Of a DNA stretch of 24,000 nucleotides, positions 8,268 through 15,186 are shown piece by piece; the stretch's first letter is position 1; every line of letters starts with the position of its first letter. This DNA is from Salinispira sp. (GTDB taxonomy: Bacteria; Spirochaetota; Spirochaetia; DSM-27196; Salinispiraceae). Position numbers and translations under genes: made by a program. The stretch covers positions 654,341 through 678,340 of the forward strand of contig OZ271918.1 of the NCBI GenBank assembly GCA_965602015.1, given 5' to 3'. Under the pieces are notes generated by a model, which was given only the letters and a program-made list of their open reading frames with translations, ran no database searches and was not told the origin of the DNA.

Positions 8268-9331
8268 TCCTGCCCGGGGCTCCATCGTCCGTCGTCCAGA
8301 TCGAAGAAATACTCCTCATCGCTCAATGACTCTTTCGTTTCCTCAACGGGCGAGGGAGGCGTAATTCCGCCACCCTGATAGCCGCTGTCTTTTTCTATTC
8401 GCTCAATCTGCTCCTCGAGATCGTTAAGAAACTCTTCCCAATACTCGCTGCTTCCGAAACCGGGAAAACTGCGCTGAATTGCCGGATCGTCTCGTCGACG
8501 GGCAATCCATCCATTATAGGCAATGTAACGGAGAGCCCTTAAAAGCTCCCGAAAGCGGATACTCTCCATGGGGAAGTCGGCAAAACGCTGATAGCCCGAA
8601 AGAAATGCGCTGGTTTTTCGTTCCTGCTCATCGGGGCTGTCGGACACCACCATCCACATGTCCTGCAGCACCGGTCCGGACATCGAATCGTCAAAGTCGA
8701 GAAAAAACAGCCCATTTGAGCCGAGAAGCATGTTGCCGGTGTGACAGTCACCGTGAATCATCTGATACCTGGTTGCGGCGTAGAGATTATCTGCGGACTT
8801 CCCAAGGTACTCCGACATGTCCGCATAGCGGCGGGCCTGCGCCGGAGGTAAAAGACATTCCTCTTCGATATACCGCCGGTGGCGTTCCACCATATACTCC
8901 CGGTCCATCTGCGGGCGGTGATTTAGAGCCAGGTCTTTGGCTGCCAGGTGAATTCGTCCCAAGTAGCCCCCTATTCGCGAGAGAATCGAGTCGGAAAACT
9001 CATCGATGAGTCTGCCGCCTGTTCGGGGCCAGAGAGCGAAGTGCATGCCCTGCATCTCAAAGAGGCTCTCTCCGTCCCGGGATATTGGGGCACATACCGG
9101 AATCTCCTGATCGGCGAGGTGAAAAAGAAAGCGGTGTTCGTCAAGGATGGCATCTCGGCTCCAGCGTTCGGGCCGATAAAATTTTGCAACCAGATGATTG
9201 CCGTCCTCCAGCTTTAGGTCGAAAACCCGATTCTCCAGACTATTTAACTGCTGGAGATGACCGCTGCATTCAAAACCCACGGATTCCGCCGCATTAAAAA
9301 TTGTCTGTGGATCGAGGCTGTAAAAATCCAT
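8264..9331 (-). CDS. srkA: stress-response serine/threonine kinase SrkA/RdoA (YihE)-like, aminoglycoside-phosphotransferase fold
   Basis: 355 aa. L.SLENRV....ED......KFYRPERWS, HGDCHTGNML and FLDFDD match E. coli YihE/SrkA. It carries an acidic C-terminal tail. GGGAG lies 5 nt upstream of the ATG at 9331. Confidence 0.8.
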   Translation of the reverse strand: MDFYSLDPQTIFNAAESVGFECSGHLQQLNSLENRVFDLKLEDGNHLVAKFYRPERWSRDAILDEHRFLFHLADQEIPVCAPISRDGESLFEMQGMHFALWPRTGGRLIDEFSDSILSRIGGYLGRIHLAAKDLALNHRPQMDREYMVERHRRYIEEECLLPPAQARRYADMSEYLGKSADNLYAATRYQMIHGDCHTGNMLLGSNGLFFLDFDDSMSGPVLQDMWMVVSDSPDEQERKTSAFLSGYQRFADFPMESIRFRELLRALRYIAYNGWIARRRDDPAIQRSFPGFGSSEYWEEFLNDLEEQIERIEKDSGYQGGGITPPSPVEETKESLSDEEYFFDLDDGRWSPGQD

Positions 9332-9402
9332 GGCGGCTCCCGGTTGCTGTGAATGCCTGCTTCAATGGGCAAGGTTAGGCCGGGTCAGTATAATAAATAT
9401 TG

Positions 9403-9550
9403 ACTGCCCCGAAAACAGCTGATTTTGTGGCGGTAACTCCTTATGTGGTAAATTACTAATCGGGTTCTTTCAATAGGGTTGGATTGATGACCGGCAAATC
9501 CTAATCAGTGAACGGTTTGGATGCTTTAAATCAGCTGTTTTCGGGGCACT
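9403..9550 (+). repeat. MITE-like intergenic element copy 2 (148 bp)
   Basis: Left arm 9403-9426 is identical (24/24) to 3561-3584. Right arm 9525-9550 is 25/26 identical to 3682-3707. Within this copy the 21-nt core arms are perfectly complementary. Confidence 0.75.
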
Positions 9551-9577
9551 GCCTATAAGCCGCCAACGGGAGGAAAA

Positions 9578-9922
9578 ATGGAAATCGGATTTGAAGGCTT
9601 GCGGATTCCCTGCGTTGTCGGGGTACTCGATCATGAACGTCAACGGGAACAGGTCATTGAAGCTGACCTGATGGTGCAGATCGATGTACAGGAAGCTGTA
9701 ATGACCGATGATATTAGCCTGACCATCGGCTATGACATCCTGGCCGACCTCCTCATTAACCATTCACGAGAGGGAAAATTTTTACTGCTTGAAACTCTTG
9801 TCACCGAGTTCAGGAATGTTCTCGGGGAAAAGTATCCGCAGATTTCCGGTGGCAGCATCACGGTTCGCAAACCCGGTGCTCTTCCCCTTGCCGCTGCTGC
9901 TGTGGTCCGGCTGCGTTGGTAG
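9578..9922 (+). CDS. folB: dihydroneopterin aldolase
   Basis: 114 aa. The FolB-like N-terminus (I.F.GL...CVVGVLDHER...Q.I..DL) has GGGAGGA (9568-9574) upstream of the ATG. Confidence 0.78.
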   Translation: MEIGFEGLRIPCVVGVLDHERQREQVIEADLMVQIDVQEAVMTDDISLTIGYDILADLLINHSREGKFLLLETLVTEFRNVLGEKYPQISGGSITVRKPGALPLAAAAVVRLRW

Positions 9923-9935
9923 GGGAAATACAAGC

Positions 9936-9964
9936 TTGAACTTTCGGTATGCAGGGTCTATAAT
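9936..9964 (+). promoter_or_regulatory. sigma70-like promoter for the ferredoxin gene (TTGAAC-17 nt-TATAAT)
   Basis: TTGAAC at 9936-9941, a 17-nt spacer and TATAAT at 9959-9964, 30 nt upstream of the ATG at 9994. Confidence 0.6.
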
Positions 9965-9984
9965 CCACTAGAAACCAGAAATGA

Positions 9985-10164
<180 letters not shown>

Positions 10165-10187
10165 TCGCCCGAAATTTCGCAATATAC

Positions 10188-10234
10188 AGCGCCCGAATAA
10201 GAGGATTGCTCCTCTGAACCCGGGCGCTTTTTTA
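10188..10234 (+). terminator. intrinsic terminator after the ferredoxin gene
   Basis: Outer stem AGCGCCCG (10188-10195) pairs with CGGGCGCT (10221-10228). The inner stem is AGAGGA/TCCTCT with loop TTGC, followed by a T-run to 10234. Confidence 0.8.
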
Positions 10235-10356
10235 TTCTACGAGCTTGAAACTCCCCGCGCTTTCTGCTACAAATCTATTCCCTGTAAAAAATATGGTTGC
10301 ACCCTTTACGCGATTTCTGTTTAGGTGTAGCCTTTGTACGATTTCAAGGAGAAATT

Positions 10357-10527
10357 ATGGCTGGAAATATTTCTAAAAACGCCCGCCGAGAAGGCGCTCA
10401 GGAACTCATGAGCCGCTGGGGCGGAAAAATTATTATGAAGTCGGTGTTTGAAAAAGGCCGGATGCGTCATTTCGCAGTCTGCGAAAAGACCGGCAATCAG
10501 GCCCGAAAACCCAAGGATCTTATGTAA
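10357..10527 (+). CDS. small basic hypothetical protein (56 aa)
   Basis: ATG at 10357 preceded by AAGGAGA (10347-10353). Sequence: MAGNISKNARREGAQELMSRWGGKIIMKSVFEKGRMRHFAVCEKTGNQARKPKDLM. The track ORF from 10297 looks like an extension. A candidate promoter is TTGAAA (10245-10250) -17 nt- TACAAA (10268-10273). I do not recognise the family with confidence. Confidence 0.5.
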   Translation: MAGNISKNARREGAQELMSRWGGKIIMKSVFEKGRMRHFAVCEKTGNQARKPKDLM

Positions 10528-10616
10528 TTCATGCCGCCGAGTCCCCGGTATGCGGGGACGAGGCCTATGGGTCTCTTTCATTCGGGACCGCCTTTCCCAT
10601 TTGTCAGGAGCTGTCA

Positions 10617-11138
10617 TTGATACTATCCGGTTTAGAAATCCAAAAACGGTTGGGCTCCGACATCATCATCGATCCCTTCACTCCCGATCAACTCAACCCC
10701 AATTCCTATAATCTTCGCCTTCATCAGGATCTTCTGGTTTACGATGAACCGGTGCTCGATATGAAAAAGGCAAACGCCGCCAGTTCCTTAAGCATTCCCG
10801 AGGAAGGGCTCTTGCTGGAGTCAAACCGGCTGTACCTCGGAAGAACACTCGAGCACACCCGCACGGAAAACCTGGTTCCCATGCTTGAGGGCCGTTCCTC
10901 CATCGGCCGTCTGGGTCTTTTTGTCCACATCACCGCTGGTTTCGGCGATGTGGGATTTAACGGATTTTGGACCCTCGAGATTTTCTGCGTTCAGCCCATC
11001 CGGGTGTATGCCGGGGTCGAGATTTGTCAAATATTTTATCACAGTCTTGAAGGGGAGCATGCCAGCTACTCAAGCGGCAAATATCAGAATAACAAGGGCA
11101 TTCAACCCTCCATGCTGTACAGAGATTTCGAGAAGTAA
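10617..11138 (+). CDS. dcd: dCTP deaminase
   Basis: 173 aa. MILSG.EI, the N-terminal IIDPF motif and LEGRSSIGRLGLFVH are typical of Dcd. TTG start at 10617 with AGGAG (10606-10610) 6 nt upstream. Confidence 0.88.
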   Translation: MILSGLEIQKRLGSDIIIDPFTPDQLNPNSYNLRLHQDLLVYDEPVLDMKKANAASSLSIPEEGLLLESNRLYLGRTLEHTRTENLVPMLEGRSSIGRLGLFVHITAGFGDVGFNGFWTLEIFCVQPIRVYAGVEICQIFYHSLEGEHASYSSGKYQNNKGIQPSMLYRDFEK

Positions 11139-11238
11139 CGGCAGTATTCCCTTTGTGTTTTACTTCATAATATTGGGATGCGCCTGCAATTAATGCGAAA
11201 ATTTAGTTATTATGTAAAAATAAAAAGGAACACCAAAT

Positions 11239-12069
11239 ATGGAAGTACAGGGACAGGTGGAGACATCCTCTCCAAAGCAGACAGCCCCTATTAAACCTCA
11301 TCACGAATCGAGCAGGATTATTTTCGTAAATCCTGAGGAATGGGTTGTAGAAAATTTTCTCGGACTGCTTATCCGACTGGAATACAAGGCTGTAAGCCTC
11401 TATGATGCGTCTCAACTCGGCGATGCGGTGAAGGCATTCCCCCACAGTGTTCTTTTTTTCAACATCGATAAAAATCCCGAGGGAGGGACCTGGTTCGCGG
11501 CAGTTAAAGAGAAGCAGGATCTTTTCCGGGAGCTGCGAAGCCTCCCGGTGTTTATCGGCAAGGATACCCGGGAAAAAATCAAGTCCCGGGTTGAACTGGA
11601 CATCCCCTTCGACGGATTTGATATGGGCAAGAGTCCGAAACAGGTTTTTCTTCTTATGCAGGCTCTGATTCAGCAATGGTATGACAAGGGCAAGCGGCAA
11701 TATATTCGGGTTCGCTGCCCATCCAACGGCCGTTCTCGTTTCAATTTGAGAAGCGACGGCGATATGTATCAGGGTACTATTTTGGATATCAGTTCGGCGG
11801 GCATGGCCTGTGAATTCGACGGCGGCTCAGCCCCGCCGCGTTTGCGCAAGGGCAGCGTCCTTGCAAAAATTCAGCTTAAGCTCAACTCCCGTCTCATCCT
11901 AGTAGACGGTGTGGTTATGGGGTCCCGAGCTGGGGGAAGCGGTCAGGGTGAGAATCTCTGGGTAATCATGTTTCGCAATCACGAAGACAGCGGAGCGGTA
12001 CAGAAAATAAAAGATTTTGTCAGGGAACAGCTGCAGCTTGAGTTTAATGAGCGGCTGAAATACGCTTAG
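11239..12069 (+). CDS. PilZ domain (c-di-GMP-binding) protein with an N-terminal receiver-like domain
   Basis: The C-terminal half carries RQYIR (RxxxR) followed about 30 residues later by DISSAG (DxSxxG). The N-terminal ~120 aa resemble a degenerate CheY-like receiver (IIFVNPEE ... VLFFNID ... LPVFIG). Confidence 0.72.
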   Translation: MEVQGQVETSSPKQTAPIKPHHESSRIIFVNPEEWVVENFLGLLIRLEYKAVSLYDASQLGDAVKAFPHSVLFFNIDKNPEGGTWFAAVKEKQDLFRELRSLPVFIGKDTREKIKSRVELDIPFDGFDMGKSPKQVFLLMQALIQQWYDKGKRQYIRVRCPSNGRSRFNLRSDGDMYQGTILDISSAGMACEFDGGSAPPRLRKGSVLAKIQLKLNSRLILVDGVVMGSRAGGSGQGENLWVIMFRNHEDSGAVQKIKDFVREQLQLEFNERLKYA

Positions 12070-13703
12070 ACCTCGCTCGATGCTGTTGTCCAGAAGGCAC
12101 CCTGCAATTTTAATCGGTAAGCTTCTCTCATTAGCCTTAAAAAACCTTGATGAAGTTTTGATGCGCTATCCCGCAGCTCCTCGGGGAAATTCTCATCCTC
12201 AGTTTTAAGACCGCTGGTCATGAAATTTTCAAGGAGAAGTTTGCCCGCAAGGAATCGCTGGTACTTATTCACTCCGAAGGCGGTAAAGCCTTTTATCAGA
12301 CCCATGACCTCCCATGTCACTTGCTCGGCCTGGCTGTAGCGGCCTGCATCCTTATCTTGGTCACTGACTCTCAATGGCAGATTCTGCTGGATCGATGGCA
12401 GTTCTTTAATGAGATAGTCGAGATTAAACAGTCCGGTGGCGCAGTTAAACAGAATAGGCAGGTTTTTTTGCTCCGCGCTGGCAACCTCGGCGGGACTGAT
12501 GGCAGGTCCGATGTCAGCGCAGTTCAGTCGACCGTCCTTTTGGCGTATCAGGACGCCACCTTTAATGTCGACCGCTGTCTTGAAGGAGAAATCGAAACCC
12601 GCCGGGCTACCCGTCAGCAGCATGACGGCGATCTCAAGGGGATCCGGTAGGTAACCCAGGTTGTCAACATTGCCCAGGTATACCAGCTTTTTCCCGCTGC
12701 CGTGTAATTCCCGATATACGGATTCCAGAGCGAAGAAATTCTGTCCGTGACCCCCGGGAAGGGCAAGGGGGGAATCCCTCTTTCCCCAGGCCTCGAGGAA
12801 AAACCTCCGGAGAGAAGCATTGGTGTCCAGCAAAGAGCTATGGGTAAGAGCGGCGATGAGTGGTTGGACTCCGGTGAGGAACCAGGGTTCCACCAGGCCG
12901 AGCTCCCGGGAAAGTCCTCGCAATGCTCCGCTGTCCCGATACTGATTATATGCCAGGGCCAGCTCACTGTCGTTTCCGCTGCTGGACATTTGAAATAGGG
13001 GGAATAGGGGTTTGGACCATCCGCTTTCTCCCGAGTCGTGAATACTTTGGCTTACCGGGAATCGCCTGTAATGTTCTCTGGTCAGCAGCATGGCGTTTCG
13101 CAGCTTGAGTTCGATGTAGCTGTAACCGGGAGAACCGTCGGGGTTGATATACCCCGGCGTTAAGCCCTTGGCCCGCCCTCGGCAGGCTGCGGCCTGACGG
13201 GAAAAATCATCACTGTATAGTTCAAATAGTCCTGCATTGAGACTGCGGTTTTTCTTCTCGTCGGCATAACTTGTTGCGGACCCCCCGTTGAGAATTCCGT
13301 AGCTCACCAGCGGAAGGGCCGCAATTCCGATGGTCTCAAGTTCTGCAGCGGAGACGCTCCAGATTCCCGAGGTCGGCATCCTAGTTTGCCTGAGGATTTC
13401 ATCAAAAACAGGTTGAGGGATGCCTGCGTCTCGCAGGCGTTCTCCGGCGAGACCGGCATCGATGGACAGGCTAACGCCATTCCTATCGCTGATATCAGCG
13501 ATCAGGCTTACCCCCGCTTGCGGTTCACGCAGTTCGCCTGGCTGGGGAACGGGAAATCCGTCCACCTCCACAGCTTTTTTACCGACTCCTCCGGCATCCA
13601 TCTCCCTCACCTTGTTGAGCACCCAGGTGCTCAGCTCCGGGTCAATGCCGGCGGATTGCAGAAGAGCCTGGGTCCGGGCTTGGTCTCTGTCTTTCGAACT
13701 CAT
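12066..13703 (-). CDS. UDPGP-family (eukaryotic-type UTP--glucose-1-phosphate uridylyltransferase family) nucleotide-sugar pyrophosphorylase, divergent
   Basis: Ordered motif matches to the UGPase family: ILNGGSATSY (cf. LNGGLGTSMG), LPGGHGQNF (cf. PPGHGD), LGNVDNLGY (cf. NIDNLGA), KTAVDIKGGVL (cf. KT.AD.KGG.L) and LFNCATGLFNL (cf. FNTNNLW). I place the start at the ATG at 13703 (MSSKDRDQ...), preceded by GAAGAGGAG. The track start at 13928 (TTG) runs through a non-coding repeat array. Confidence 0.72.
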   Translation of the reverse strand: MSSKDRDQARTQALLQSAGIDPELSTWVLNKVREMDAGGVGKKAVEVDGFPVPQPGELREPQAGVSLIADISDRNGVSLSIDAGLAGERLRDAGIPQPVFDEILRQTRMPTSGIWSVSAAELETIGIAALPLVSYGILNGGSATSYADEKKNRSLNAGLFELYSDDFSRQAAACRGRAKGLTPGYINPDGSPGYSYIELKLRNAMLLTREHYRRFPVSQSIHDSGESGWSKPLFPLFQMSSSGNDSELALAYNQYRDSGALRGLSRELGLVEPWFLTGVQPLIAALTHSSLLDTNASLRRFFLEAWGKRDSPLALPGGHGQNFFALESVYRELHGSGKKLVYLGNVDNLGYLPDPLEIAVMLLTGSPAGFDFSFKTAVDIKGGVLIRQKDGRLNCADIGPAISPAEVASAEQKNLPILFNCATGLFNLDYLIKELPSIQQNLPLRVSDQDKDAGRYSQAEQVTWEVMGLIKGFTAFGVNKYQRFLAGKLLLENFMTSGLKTEDENFPEELRDSASKLHQGFLRLMREAYRLKLQGAFWTTASSEV

Positions 13704-13748
13704 AAATACTCCTCTTCCCCCGCAAGCCGGCAGGTCCACGAAGCCGAG

Positions 13749-13929
13749 GCGGGCAGCCGGCGCCGGCGGTCGATGCAGGTGACTGATCCCGCCCGTCGAT
13801 TCAGGTGACCGATCCCGGCGGCTGACTATGGCAGCCAGGTGGGCAGCCGGTGCCGGTGGCTGATAGCTGGGGCGGACACCGCAGGCTGCAGCCGGTGGCT
13901 GATGGCGGGGACAGTTGCCGGTGACCAAT
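13749..13929. repeat. degenerate GC-rich tandem array with 13-bp periodicity (consensus about GCCGGTGRCYGAT)
   Basis: Eight motif-matching 13-mers, each ending at 13774, 13787, 13800, 13813, 13826, 13864, 13903 or 13929. A larger ~32-bp unit (13742-13774) repeats at 13833-13864. The array lies in the 319-bp glk-UDPGP spacer. Confidence 0.65.
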
Positions 13930-14022
13930 GCCGAGGGCCCTTCCTGGCGACTGCAATAGGCAGCCCGCGGTGAACAGTGCGAACCGCCGGCCGCTGTCCG
14001 GTCACCATGGTTAGCCTGGCTT

Positions 14023-15105
14023 CTATCGGTGAATAAATTTGGTCAGCTGCACGTAGGCGTGGGCCGCTCCGTACAGGCTGATTTTGTAATCTTCGACGAT
14101 GTAGACCGGTATGCTTTCCAGTACCGGGCGGATGCTGGACTGATAGTTAAAGAGAAAGTTTTTCATAAACAGATCGTCGCGAATGAAGAATTCCTTGTTT
14201 TTGGCGGCGATCCCCCCGGCGAGAAACAGTCCCTTCCTCGGAATAAAACTGAGGGCGAGATTATGCGCGGTCCGGGCATACATTTTGACGAAGGTTTCCA
14301 TTATGAGCCTGCAGGTTTCATCCTGCTTTGCAGACATGCTGATTGCCGGGGGTTTTTCCACATCCGGCAGGTCGGCGATTCGATTCAGTTCGGGGCTATC
14401 GGCGCCTTTTTCCTCCCGCATGAAGCGGAATATATTGGCTATTCCGATGCCGCTTACGAACATTTCCGGTTCCGGGGCTGCTCCGTTGCGGGCGGTCATC
14501 CAGTTTCTCAGTTCGAGGGTGATATCGTCGAATGGCGCGAAGTCCGTGTGGCCGCCCTCGGCTGGGAGGGCGAGGATGCGGTCCTGCTCTTCGATGAGGT
14601 ACCCTACGCCCAGTCCGGTGCCGGCCCCGACGACGGCCTGTATGCCGACGCCCGGCAGGTATTCCTTCCATCGGGGGAAATTGCCGTCGGGATGTATCAG
14701 AGGCGTAATTTCATCGGGATTATCGGGATTCAACAGGGGAATTCCATAACATATCGCGGTGAAATCATTGATGACCAGGGCGGGGAAGCCGTATCTGTCC
14801 TCGATGTCCCGTCCATCAAGGGTCCACTTGATGTTGGTGGGTACACAGCGGTTATTCTGTACCGGCCCGGCAATGCTCAGACAGGCGGCCTGGATATCGA
14901 TATCCCCCAGTTCCTGTCGAAAGGCTTCGAGTGCAGGGGTGATGGCCTCAGCGAGGTTATTGAGTTTTTGGGTTGCATACACTTTGCGGGAATGTATTGT
15001 GTATTTCCCCCGGTCGTCCTGAACCAGAGCGAGGCTGGTGTTGGTTCCGCCGATATCTCCGGCGAGAATGTAGAGGTTTCGATTATCGTTTCCGGTGAAT
15101 TCCAT
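14023..15105 (-). CDS. glk: glucokinase
   Basis: ILAGDIGGTNTSLAL (the ATP-binding N-terminal motif of the Glk family) and overall Glk-like length. I prefer the ATG at 15105. The TTG at 15141 in the track coincides with a -35-like hexamer. Confidence 0.85.
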   Translation of the reverse strand: MEFTGNDNRNLYILAGDIGGTNTSLALVQDDRGKYTIHSRKVYATQKLNNLAEAITPALEAFRQELGDIDIQAACLSIAGPVQNNRCVPTNIKWTLDGRDIEDRYGFPALVINDFTAICYGIPLLNPDNPDEITPLIHPDGNFPRWKEYLPGVGIQAVVGAGTGLGVGYLIEEQDRILALPAEGGHTDFAPFDDITLELRNWMTARNGAAPEPEMFVSGIGIANIFRFMREEKGADSPELNRIADLPDVEKPPAISMSAKQDETCRLIMETFVKMYARTAHNLALSFIPRKGLFLAGGIAAKNKEFFIRDDLFMKNFLFNYQSSIRPVLESIPVYIVEDYKISLYGAAHAYVQLTKFIHR

Positions 15106-15112
15106 GGTGGGT

Positions 15113-15141
15113 ATTCTATCCCGAGGGCGGGATGAGTGCAA
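15113..15141 (-). promoter_or_regulatory. candidate glk promoter (TTGCAC-17 nt-TAGAAT) ending 7 nt before the ATG
   Basis: On the minus strand, TTGCAC is the complement of 15136-15141, followed by a 17-nt spacer, TAGAAT (complement of 15113-15118), ACCCACC and then the ATG at 15105. No Shine-Dalgarno sequence is present. Confidence 0.45.
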
Positions 15142-15142
15142 C

Positions 15143-15171
15143 TTGCAAAGCTTGTGCTAATGGCTTACGAT
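15143..15171 (+). promoter_or_regulatory. candidate promoter for the DHH phosphoesterase gene (TTGCAA-17 nt-TACGAT)
   Basis: TTGCAA at 15143-15148, a 17-nt spacer and TACGAT at 15166-15171, about 15 nt upstream of the ATG at 15187. Confidence 0.4.
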
Positions 15172-15186
15172 TTTGTCGGGGGCTTT

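Noticed and set aside
10541-10559. GC hairpin after the 56-aa ORF as an intrinsic terminator
   Set aside because: The stem is good (GTCCCCG/CGGGGAC) but no U-tract follows, so I did not list it as a terminator feature. It may still be a processing or pause element.
13704-13928. 75-aa N-terminal extension (TTG start) of the UDPGP-family ORF, and the 60-aa ORF at 13826-14008
   Set aside because: Both are read through the 13-bp-periodic repeat array, a period incompatible with a coding repeat. They are Pro/Ala/His-rich, and a strong GAGGAG plus ATG sits at 13703.
13742-13929. Possible CRISPR array or iteron set
   Set aside because: The repeat unit is only 13 bp, with no unique spacers of CRISPR size and no cas or rep genes nearby. 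I kept it as a generic tandem repeat instead.
14029-15135. 368-aa ORF on the plus strand covering the whole glucokinase locus
   Set aside because: It is an exact mirror of the glk frame. The protein is low-complexity with no recognisable motifs and no RBS, whereas the minus-strand product has clear Glk motifs. This is a typical antisense shadow ORF in GC-rich DNA.
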